Positions 1-10,967 of a DNA stretch of 64,000 bases are shown piece by piece (the first letter of the stretch is position 1; the number at the start of each line of letters is the position of its first letter). The DNA lies in contig CM075991.1 in assembly GCA_038087875.1 (NCBI GenBank), positions 13,766,001-13,830,000 on the forward strand, given 5' to 3'. The DNA comes from Malacoraja senta (lineage: Eukaryota). Both the position numbers and the translations under genes were made by a program. The notes beneath the pieces are model-generated. The model ran no database searches. It saw nothing but the letters and a program-made list of their open reading frames with translations, and had not been told where the DNA came from.

Positions 1-427
1 TAACTAAAAACCATCAGGAGGTTTAGTTTAATTTAGTTTCATGTTCATACCTCCTAGGAGCATAATTAGGCCATTCGGCCCATCACATCAACTCAGCCAT
101 TCAATCACGGCTGATCTATTTTTTCATCTTAGGGTTTAGAGATACCGCGCGGAAACAGGCCCTTCGGCCCACTGAGCCCGCGCCGACCAGCAATCCCCGC
201 ACATTAACACTATCCTACACACACAAGGGACAATTTTAACATTGATACCAAACCAATTTACCTGCAAACCTGTACATCTTTGGAGTGTGGGAGGAAACCG
301 AAGATCTCGGAGAAAATCCACGCAGGTCACGGGGAGAATGTACAAACTCCATGCAGACAGAATCAAACCTGGGTTGCTGGCGCTCTAAGCGCTGTAAGGC
401 AGCAACTCTACCGCTGCCCCACCATGC

Positions 428-525
428 GGTTCTATATCGCACATAAAGATTACAGGGGAGGGTGGGCAACCCTGTCTGACTCCAGACTTGATGGGGATTC
501 TATCCGTTTCTCACTCATTGATGTA
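428..525 (-). mobile_element. Old L1/Tx1-clade RT fragment
   Basis: Minus-strand translation IPIKSGVRQGCPPSPVIFMCDIEP (QGCPLSP motif). Confidence 0.6.
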
Positions 526-843
526 GAATGGAAGCCAGCAAGTTGTGCGGCATGGTGGCGCAGCATTAGAGTCACTGCCTTACAGCGCTTGCAGCGCCGT
601 AGACCCGGGTTCGATCCCGACTACGGGTGCTGTCTGTACGGAGTTTGTACGTTCTCCCCATGACCGTGTGGGTTTTCTCCGAGATCTTCAGGTCAGCCCA
701 CACTCTGAAAACGTGCAGGTTTGTAGGTTAATTAGCTTGGTATAAGTGTAAATTGTCCCTAGTGTGTAGGATAGCGTCAATGTGCGGGGATCGCTGGTGG
801 GTGCGGACTCGGTGGGCTGAAGTGCCTATTTCTGCGCAAAATT

Positions 844-895
844 GGGGTCAAGGAAAGAGCGTTCACGTCGCCGCCCTGTTTCCACCAATCTTTCC
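844..895 (+). ncRNA. Minimal HDV-like (CPEB3-type) self-cleaving ribozyme, predicted
   Basis: P1 GGGGUC/CGCCCU (G.U first pair, terminal mismatch); P2 GGAAAGA/UCUUUCC; P3 GCG/CGC; L3 UUCACGU; J4/2 CCAA. AGCGTTCACGTCGC is identical to the CPEB3 ribozyme core as I recall it. Confidence 0.75.
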
Positions 896-1020
896 ACCAC
901 CACGCACAAGAAGCACAAGAAGCACAAGCAGCGCAAGACGCCATTGTAAGCAGATGCCGAGAAGTGCGTTCAGCTCTGGCTGAACAATTTCTAATCTTGT
1001 GATGTGGACTCGATAAGAAG
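844..1020 (+). mobile_element. Short ribozyme-headed non-autonomous retroelement (Ingi/Vingi-like?) inserted in a V-SINE tail
   Basis: Starts at ribozyme G1 and ends ...ctcgataagaag; interrupts the SINE tail (...ttctgcgc | atctctctaaactaaa). Confidence 0.6.
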
Positions 1021-2066
1021 ATCTCTCTAAACTAAACCAAGTTAGAATGTAGAATAGGAGAGCACAACTGTTAGATAACACGTGGCCATGAACACTCTTC
1101 CACAGTCCCACCTCTGGATACATATCCACTAAATAGAGACACAAAATGCTGGAGTAACTCAACGGGACAGGCAGCATCTCTGGAGAGAGAGAATGGGTGA
1201 CGTTGTGGGGCCGAGCCCCTTCTTCAGACTGAGAGTCAGGGGAGAGGGAGACTAGGGATTCGTGAAAGGGTAAGGTTTGAAAACGATAGATCAAAGCAGA
1301 CGGTGTTCAAGGTTCAGAATGGTTCATTGTTGGCTGAGGGGAAGGTGAGAACGAGGCAAACAAACAGTAAAATGAATCAGGAGGCCAGTGAAACTAGTCG
1401 GAGAACGAGGGTGGGGAAGAGACGGAGAGAGAGGGAAAGTAAGGATTACATGGAGTTAGAGAAATCAATATTTATACCGCTGGGTTGCAGCAGAATATCC
1501 ACTAACTCCTCTTTTACACTAACCCAAGGGGCAATTTCCCGCACTGCCATCAGAGTTAATCCCAAACACTCTGTGAAGGGCCGCGGACGGCAACAGGATC
1601 ATCAGGAAGGCCGGCTCCATGCTCGGGGCGGAGTTGAATTCGCGGGAGTTTGTTTCACGGGAGGTTGGTCTTGGAGGGAAGGATGCTCCTCAAACTGCGG
1701 AGCATCCTGGACAATACAGCTCACCCCCTCCATGACGCACTGGTCAACCTGAGGAGCACCTTCAGCTACAGACTGGTTCCACCATGCAGCACGGAACGCC
1801 ACAGGAGATCCTTCTTCCCTGTGGCTATCAAACTGGACAACTCCTCCCCCTTCTGTTGTGGGGTAGACTGAGATTGACTCCCCTTCCCTCTCCCCACCCC
1901 CCCTCCCACCCCCCCACCCCCCCCCCCCTAATCTTTGCGCATCCCCAATCCTTTCCACTCGTCGCTTTAATTTCATGTTTCATGTGTTTTTATGACTGTT
2001 GCCGGGTCAATTTTCCTCCTGGGATAAATAAAGTTCTGTCTTATCATATCGTATCGTAGAACTCAC

Positions 2067-2134
2067 CGTTTCACATTTGAAGTAACTGAACGAATCTCGT
2101 CGAGTATGAAGTATCTCCTCTTCCAGCTTTTTCT
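2067..2134 (-). CDS. PLEKHA2: PLEKHA2 coding exon 7 (68 nt as written; apparent 1-nt deletion near 2094-2099)
   Basis: atgttgtag|RKSWKRRYFILDE, then SFSYFKCET in the shifted frame|gtgagt; homologous to human RKSWKRRFFALDDFTICYFKCEQ. Confidence 0.88.
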
Positions 2135-2903
2135 CTACAACATGAACAACCCACAGACAAGTCAGATGTCAGTAGTGTGAAGCTACAAGGCGCACTCTTA
2201 TACAGGAAGGAACATTGAATTGACCCCATCTGGAGACCTCCCGACTGTAGGAATGGAGATGGAGGCTGAGAAATAGGTTATGGACCAGGTGGGCACAGGG
2301 GTGGGGAGGGTGGGTAAGAAAGGGGGGTGTGGGAGTGGAGAAAGGAGAGGGGGTCAGGTCAGGACCCTTCTCCAGATTGATTTTGGTGGGGGGGGGGATG
2401 GGAGAAAGCTGGAAGAGAAGAGGGGCAGGATAAGCCTAGTAAGTGATAGTTGGGTACAGACTACGGGGGGGAGGGGATGGGGGTGGGGGGGGAGGGGTTT
2501 GGGGGAGAGGGGAGGAGGAGGGGAGGGGGGAGGGGGGAGGGGGGGAGGTGGTTGATAGGCAGATGGATCTACAAAGTCCAGAGTTCAAAAAATAGGATGG
2601 AAAAAATAAGGGTTGAGGTGCTGTGAATAGTGAAGCCAGAGGAAGGAATCTGTGAAATTCAATGCGGTGGTGGGAAGGTTGCGGGGGGAAGGCAGAGAAT
2701 GGAGTTGAGAGGAAAAGATAGATCAGCCATGATTGAATGGCGCAGTAGACTGGATGGGCCGAATGGCCTAATTCTGCTGCTATTTGTTGTGAATATGTTG
2801 TCAGACACCAGTGCAGCCCCATTTGAAGGCACCACAGTACACGGGAGGGGGTGGGGGTAGATTAGCTGGCTGTGGGACCAGCGATGCCCTCAGTGCCACT
2901 CAC

Positions 2904-3053
2904 CACGATGCCCTGCTTCACGCAGTAGCCGCTCTTGTACACTTGTGGCCCCCACGCCGGCTTGTTCCCCGACACGGGAATGCCGCTAACGGAACGTTTC
3001 AGGACGCTGTGCGCGGGCGGCTCGGTGCCCTCCTGACCTTCTCCTCCGTTCAC
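2904..3053 (-). CDS. PLEKHA2: PLEKHA2 coding exon 6 (150 nt), start of PH2
   Basis: ctttgcccccaag|VNGGEGQEGTEPPAHSVLKRS...VYKSGYCVKQGIV|gtgagt. Confidence 0.93.
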
Positions 3054-4049
3054 CTTGGGGGCAAAGCAGAACAACACTGAGCAAGACGGCGCCACCTGCC
3101 CACGGTGGGGGTGGGGGTGGGGGTGGGGGGAGTGAAGAGGGGGGGGGGTGCGAGGGAAGGATAGGGATAGGGGTGTGCAGGAAGGAATTGCAGATGCTGG
3201 TTTAAACCGAAGATAGATGCAAAATGCTGGAGTCACTCAGCGGGACAGGCAGCACCTCTGGAGAGCAGGAATGGGTGACGTTTCAGGGATTAGGCAAACG
3301 AGAGAGATAGACGGTGATGTAGAGAGATAAAGAACAATGAATGAAAGATATGCATGTATGGCTTTTCGGTTCGAGACCCTTCTTCAGTCTCAAGATCTCA
3401 GAACTCAGTCTGAAGAAGGGTCTCAACCCGAAGCGTCACCCATTCCTTCTCTCCAGGGATGCTGCCTGTCCCGCTGAGTTAGTCTGCCATTTTATGTCTA
3501 TAGTGATAGGGGTAGCGAGTGGGCTACACCAATGATAATCAGCTGGTACACTCTTTGTGTAGCTTTCAGTACGTCCCAAAAGCTGCTGGATGTAGGAGAC
3601 CCTGTTGCATATTTAAATTGTTTCATCAAGGGCAGCACAGCGGTAGAGTTGCTGCCTTACTGCGCTTCCAGCGCCAGACCCAGGTTCGATCCCTTAAAGG
3701 GCCAGCCCCACTTGCCGATTTTTTTGGCGACTGCCGGCGTCATATCAATGTCGCCAAAAGATTTTGAACATTTCAAAAATCCAGCGGCGTGTTGCGACAC
3801 TGGCCGTCATTCGTCGTCACGCCACAAAATTTTCCGTGACCTGACACATCAGTCAATGTTGCCGGCAGTCGCCGAAAAGAAATCGCCAAGTGGGACAGTA
3901 AACTGCACTGCACATCCCAGCTGTGAGTGAGTGCAGTCCCAGGGAGCAGTCTCTTCCCCTTATGGTCGGGGAGATGAGGAGGAGGAGGAGGTTGGAGAGA
4001 GGAACGATGGGGGGTGGGGGGATAGGCGATGGAGAGACGACGCGTTGAC

Positions 4050-4180
4050 ACCAGCTGTGATGACTGTTCCCCTCCGGTGTATTGTGGTTGGAACCAAACC
4101 ACAGGACACCAGGGGAAAGCATTCTGTTTCTACAAAGTGGGCCGTGATCCGTACTGAGGTGCCCGAAAGGGGAAGTGAAA
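4050..4180. promoter_or_regulatory. Candidate haematopoietic intronic enhancer (PU.1-IRF, two RUNX sites, E-box)
   Basis: AAAGGGGAAGTGAAA at 4166-4180; TGTGGTT at 4083-4089; AACCACA at 4097-4103; CAGCTG at 4052-4057. Confidence 0.4.
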
Positions 4181-7100
4181 ACAACAGCTTTTCACCGATC
4201 ACAACAGCTTTTCACCGATCACAGCGTTTAGAGTTGCTGCCTCACGGCGCCAGAGACCCGGTGTTCGATCCTGACCTCGGCTGCTATCTGTGCAGAGTTT
4301 GCACGTTCTCCCCGTGACCGCATGGGTTTGCTCCGGTTTCCTCCCACATTGTAGGGGATCGATGGTCGGCGCGGGCCCAGTGGGCCGAAGGGCCCGTTTC
4401 CATGCTGTATCTCGAGCGCGGCACGGTGGGGCAGCGGTAGAGTAGCTGCCTTGCAGCACCGGAGACCCGGGTTCGATCCTGATTACGGGTGCTGTCTGTA
4501 CGGAGTTTTACGTTCTCCCCGTGACCTGCGTGGGTTTTCTCCGGGTGCTCGGTTTCCTCCCGCACTCCAAAGACGTGTGGGTTTGTAGGCTAATTGGCTT
4601 GGTAAAATTGTAAATAGTCTCTAGCATGTAGGATAGTGTTAGTGCGCGGGGATCGCTGGTCGGCACGGACTCGGTGGGACAAAAATGGCCTGTTTCCGCA
4701 CCGTATCTCTAAACTAAACAAAATAACCTTCAAGATGGAGATATAAAATGCCAAAATAAATCAGCAGGTCAGGCAACATCTGGAGAAAAAGGATAAGTGA
4801 CGTTTCTGTTCAGTACTCCAAAACGTCACCCATCCATGTTCTCCAGAGATGCTGCCTGACCCACTGAGTTACTCCAGCACTTTATGTCTATCGTTGGCAT
4901 AAACCAGCATCTGCAGTTCTTTGTGGGAAGCAACTGCAGATGCTGGTTTAAACCGAAGATAGACACATAAAGCTGGAGTAACTCAGCGGGACAGGCAGCA
5001 TCTCTGGAGAGAAGAAATGGGTGACGTTTCGGGTTGAGACCTGAAGAAGGGTCTCGGCCTGAACCGTCACCTATTCCTTCTCTCCTGAGTTGCTCCCTGT
5101 CCCGCTGAGTTACTCCAGCTTTATGTGTCTATCTGCCGTTCTTTGTTTCTGCAACTTGAAGATAGTGTTGGTAACACACGTCACTCAACCATTGAAGTGC
5201 CCATCGTGATATGCCCTAGATATGCCCCTGCCACGTACCCGCTGGGCACCCCATGACTTGGCAGTGGGCAGATGTGCTGGTGTGGTACTAAAGTGCCCTG
5301 GCTGTCACTGCTCAGTGCTCAACCTTCATTTCAAAGTGCCTTTGCTGCCCTTGGTTAGGTGAGGGGGTGCGCTGTAGTCAGCGTGGGGGAGCGCATTGGG
5401 AGTGGGAGTTCCAAGCTTCAGCTGGAAAGGCCAGAGATATGCCTGTAATTCAGGATGGTGTGGAGCGGGTTCGATCCTGACCTCAGCTGATGTCTGTGCA
5501 GAGTTTGCACGTTCTCCCTATCACCGCGTGGGTTTGCTCCGGTTTCCAGAGACGTGCGGGTTTGTAGGTTAATTGCCCCTTTGTAAGTTGCCCCCTGCGT
5601 GTAGGGGGGGGATGCAAAAGTGGCATAACATGTGTGATCGATGGTCGGCGCGGGCCCGGTGGGCCGAAGGGCCCATTTCCATGCTGTATCTCTAGGGTGG
5701 CATAGCGGTAGAGATGCCGCCTTACAGCGCTTGCAGTGCCGGAGACCCCGGTTCGATCCCAACAACGGGTACTGTCTGTAGGGAGTTTATACGTTCCCCC
5801 CATGACCTGCGCGGGTTTTCTCCGAGATCTTCGGCTTCCTCCCACACTCCATAGAGGTACAGGTCTGTAGGTTAATTGGCTTGGTGTATGTAAAAATTGT
5901 CCCTAATGAGTATTGGATAGTGTTAGTGTGCGGGGATCACTGGTCGGCGCGGACTCGATGGGCCGAAGGGCCTGTTTCCGCACTGTCTCTCTGAACTAAA
6001 CTAAAACTCAACTAAATGTTCATTGAGACCAGCGCCACATAAGGACAGGACACTGAGCTCTTCCTGTGTTTGTGTAAAGAGGGTATTATGAAAGAGAAGT
6101 ACGTTGGAACAAAGTGAAGAAAGATAGAGTTGACGCAATAAAAGTTCACCTTTTGAGCACAGTCGCCAGTGTTGAGAAAACGGTAGTGGTTTCACTCTGA
6201 GCTGATAGAATCAGGTTAAGCAAGTCACAGGCCAAATAAGGCGAAGATTATTCACACGGCTGGTAAGCCTCTGATAGATTAAACCCAGACTTTCCATTAC
6301 ATCTTGCAGACCCGCCCTGTGCTGAACCATTTACCTTCTGGTACTGTGCTAACGGAATTAGAAAGATCCGTGAACTGTTTCAACTGAAGATAAGACACAA
6401 AATGCTGGAGTAACTCAGGCAGCCTCTCCATTCCTTCTCTCCAGAGATGCCGCCTGTCCCGCTGAGTTACTCCAGCATTTTGTGTCTATCTTCAGTCTAA
6501 ACCAACATCTCGACCCGAAACGTCACCTATCCCTTCGCTCCATAGATGCTGCCTCACCCGCTGAGTTCCTCCAGCATTTTTGTCTACCTTCGATTTTTCC
6601 GGCATCTGCAGTTCTTTCTTAAATGTTTCAACACCAAAGTTTGTTTGTGAAGGAAGGAACTGCAGATGCTGGTTTACACCGAAGGTTGACAAAATGCTGG
6701 AGCATCTCTGGAAGAGCAGCATCTCTGGATCTCTTAAGCGGTATTATCTTAAGTTTGTTTAAGAAAGAACTGCAGATGCTGGTAAATGGAAGGTGGACAC
6801 AAAATGCTGGAGAAACTCAGCGGGTGAGGCAGCATCTGTGGAGAGAAGGGATTGACGACGTTTCGGGTCGCGTTTCGGAGTAGACTTGACCAATTGAGTA
6901 GAATGGTCCAATTCTGCTCCTATCACTTATGACCTTATTTTGTTTTGCTACAAAAACATTTTTTTTTAATGGAATTGCTCTGGTCTCCAGCTGCCGGTGT
7001 CGGGTTTTGAACTCCCGTCTCTGGGATCGGAAGTCCAGAGTTCCGTCTAGCAGCCCTGTAGCCTGGCCACGGCAACCCGCATTCCTGTTTGAATCAGGGC

Positions 7101-10063
7101 ATTTCGAACAGACATTCGAACACCACATTTAGAATATTGTGTTTAGTTCTGGGCACCATGTTATAGGAAAGATATTGTCAAGCTTGAAAGGGTTCAGAAA
7201 GGATTTACGAGGATGTTGCCAGGACTAGAGGGTGTGAGCTATAGGGAGAGGTTAAGTAGGCTGGGTCTCTATTCCATGGAGTGCAGGAGGATGAAGGGAT
7301 ATCTTATAGAGATGTATAAAATCATGAGAGGAATAGATGCGCAGTCTTTTACCTAGAGTAGGGGAATCGAGGACCAGAGGACATAAGTTCAAGGTGATGG
7401 GGAAAAGATTAAATAGGAATCTGAGGGGTAACTTTTTTACACAAAGGTTGGTGGGTGTATGGAACAAGCTGCCAGAGGAGGTAGTTGACTATCCCATCGC
7501 TTAAGAAACAGTTGGACAGGTACATGGATAGGACAGGTTTGGAGGGTTATGGGCCAAGCGCAGGCAAGTGGGACTAGTGTAGCTGGGACATTGCTGGTCG
7601 GTGTGGGTGAGTTGGGCCAAAGGGCCTGTTTCCACACTGTATCACTCTATGACTCTATGACACGCTGGAGCCCAAACGGTTAACAGCCCATTTTTGAAAG
7701 CAAATGAGGAACGGCGTCAGTGAGGGTGACTGAATGCAAATGAAGTTTCTACATATGCGTTGTGGTTGACTGTGCTGATGAGATAACTAAACTGGAATCA
7801 GCCAGCGATGCCCAGCGTTCACAATGATTGGGCCACACATGTGTCTAACTGTACCATGAATCATAGATAATCAGTGCAGGAGTAGGCCGTTCGGCCCTTC
7901 GAGCCAGCACCTCCATTCAATATGATCATGGCTGATCATCCTAAATCAGTACCCCGTTCCTGCTTTCTCCCCATATCCCTTGATTCCGATAGCCCTAAGA
8001 GCTATGTGTCGGAAGGAACTGCAGATGCTGGTTTAAACCGACGATAGGCACAAAAAGCTGGAGTAACTCAGCGGGACAGGCAGCATCTCTGGAGAGAAGG
8101 AATGGCCAATGTTTCAGGTCGAGATGTCTGAAGATGGATCTCGACCCGAAATGTCACCCATTCCTTCTCTGCCCCAATGAGTTACTCCAGCATTTTGTGT
8201 CTATCTTCGCCCTAAGAGCTATATCGAACTAATTCTCTCTTGAAAACATCCTGTGAATTGGCCTCCACTGCCTTCAGCGGCAGAGAATTCCACAGATTCA
8301 CAACTCTCTGGGTGAAAAAGTTTTACCCCATCTCAGTCCTAAATGGCCTACCCCTTATTCTTACACTGTGATCCCCTGGTTCTGGACTCCCCCAACATCC
8401 GGAACATTCGGCGTGGACTCGGTGGGTCAAAGATCCCATTTCCACACTGTATCGCTAAACTTAATTCACTGGAAATCGGAGTGAAGTGTAAAGCCAGAGG
8501 GAGAGATGTCGGTACAATACGAGATGATAGAACTTTATTGAACCCAGGTGGGAAGTTGGTCTGCCAATCCGTCATAAAACACAACAAGATACATGAAACA
8601 TGAAATTAAAGTGACGAGTGGAAAGTCCAGGATTGGGGGTGTGCAAAGATTGGGGGGGCAGGGCGGGGATGGAAGGAAGAGGAATCAGTCTACCCCAAGA
8701 CAGAAGGGGAGGAGTGGGGAAGTGGAAGGGGATTGAGGGGTGGGGAGAAAAGGGGCGAGGTATTGGGAGAAATGGGTGTGCAGTTGGTCGGGGCAAGAGA
8801 GGGGGAAGAAAAATAAAAGAATTGGTCAGGTTGGTGATGAGGCCAAAATCAGATTTAGATTCAGGATGACGGAAGAGTTATACAGAGTCAGATAGAGAAT
8901 ATGTGCTCTGGTTAATTTAGGTTAGAGATACAGCACGGAAACAGGCCCTTCGGCCCACCAAGTCCACGCCAACCGGCGATCCCCGCATATTAACACTATC
9001 TTATACACCCTAGGGACACTTTACACTTATACCAAGCCATTTAACCAACAAAGCTGCACGTGTCCTTGGAGTGTGGGGGGAAACGGAAGATCTCGGAGAA
9101 AAACCACGCGGTCACGGGGAGAGCGTCCAAACTCCGGACAGACAGCACAGGCAGCGCAGTGGTTCTTCAAACCCGCAGCGCCAGAAGTGCATGCCTGCCC
9201 TCCTTGCAACTTGCGATGCTAATCCTGCAGATTTTTCCTGCGGTGACAAGTGTGGAACAGGTATCCCGGCCCTCGCTCTGAAGTTGATGCAAACTTTACT
9301 CAACTACCGTTGGCACATTCACTGCAACTCTCCCAAATAATGCATCTAATCATGGACGAACCAGGGTCTTAAACAAACCTACTCCAGAGTAACTCTGGAG
9401 CAGAGGGCCCTGCCCAGCTCCTGGAGTCACAGGGTCATCCTGCATGGAAACAGGCCCTTCGGCCCAACTCCTCCATTCCAGCCATGATGTCCCATCTACA
9501 CTGGCCCCATTTGCCTATGCATGACCCATATCCCTCTAAACATTGTCTATCCATGTACCCATCCAAGTGTCTTTGAGTGCCTTTGTCACGGGTGGACTCG
9601 GTGGGCTGAAGGGCCTGTTCCCACTGAAGGGACAACACAGGAGCAGACTGGACGGAGTGATGTTTTTAAACTGGTTTACCTCACGTGGCAATTATTCTCA
9701 CTGCGGTATCGGGCAACATTGCCTCTACCACCGCGTGCAGACACAAGGGACTATTTTAACTTAGCATACAGTGCGGAAACAGGCCCTTCGGCCCATCGAG
9801 TCCGCGCCAGCCAACGATAACCCCGTACACTAGCACTATCCTACACACACTAGGGACAATGCACAATTTACCGAAGCCGACTAACCTATAAACCCGCACG
9901 TCTTTGGAGTGTGGGAGGAAACCAGAGCACCCGGTGGAATCCCACGTGTTCATGGGGAGAACGTGCAAACTCGGTACAGTCAGTACCCATAGTTGGGATC
10001 GAACCCGGGTCTCCGGCACTGTAAGGCAGCAACTCTACCGCAGCGCCACCTTGTGGTTCTCAC

Positions 10064-10204
10064 CTGAGTGATGGGCGTCTGCACCACGACCCCACCGATG
10101 ATTTCGGTCTTGTACGGGATCTGTTTGCGTCCTGTCTGAGCCTCCGCTGGAGTGCTGGTGATCTCGGCGCTGGGCTGCAGGTCACTTGATTTGCCCTTTG
10201 GCAC
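10064..10204 (-). CDS. PLEKHA2: PLEKHA2 coding exon 5 (141 nt), inter-PH linker
   Basis: cttttgtcgctag|VPKGKSSDLQ...YKTEIIGGVVVQTPITQ|gtgaga. Confidence 0.93.
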
Positions 10205-10395
10205 CTAGCGACAAAAGAAGGGAAGTTCATCAGTTCTCTCCTCAGCTTTCGGAGGGGTTTCAGAGGACCTCAGAGCATCTCAGTCAAAGCCCACCCAGAG
10301 CTACTGATGTACAGTGCTGGGGCAGTGGAGACCGCAGTCACAAGGTCATAAGTGATAGGAGAAGAATCAGGCCACTCGGCCCATCGAGTCTACTC

Positions 10396-10967
10396 CCTTG
10401 CACGTCTCCAGTTGGTTCAGAATGCTGCTGCTCGCCTTTTAACTGGAACACGTAAGAGGGAGCACATAACGCCTATTCTGGCCTCCCTCCACTGTCTGCC
10501 TGTGTACTTTAGAGTTCATTTTAAGATTCTTTTATTTGCTTTTAAATCTTTAAATGGTCTCGCCCCGCCTTATCTCTCTGAGCTGCTTCATCCCTACGCT
10601 CCTGCTCGGTGCCTCAGGTCAGCTGATCAGCTGCTCCTGGAGGTACCGAGGTCTAAGCGGAAGCTCAGAGGGGATAGAGCCTTCTCTGTTGTTGCTCCGA
10701 CATTATGGAACACTCTACCTTTGAACATTAGACAGGCCCCTTCAGTGTCCATTTTCAAAACTAGCCTTAAAACCCTTTTCTATTCCTTGGCTTTTGACCC
10801 TGCATGAGACTTTGCTCCTGTTTTAGTGTTTTTTTTAATTGTTTTTACTGTCTTTTAATGTTTTTGTTGTTTTGTGTTATGTTTGTGATTGGTCATGTCC
10901 AGCACTTTGTTGCAACGGTGGTTGTTTTTAAAGTACTGTATAAATAAAATTATTATTATTATTATTA
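10396..10967 (+). mobile_element. L2-clade (Maui-like) LINE 3' end nested in a CR1 tail
   Basis: RLQLVQNAAARLLTGTRKREHITPILASLHCLPV...GDRAFSVVAPTLWN; (att)n tail; CR1 sequence tctactcc|gccattcaatc resumes afterwards. Confidence 0.85.

Noticed and set aside
547..625. tRNA genes suggested by A/B boxes
   Set aside because: These are SINE heads that continue into the V-domain; no complete cloverleaf.
1..2066. Next PLEKHA2 exon (D-x-EPLR-like)
   Set aside because: No matching peptide with splice sites found; it presumably lies beyond the window edge.
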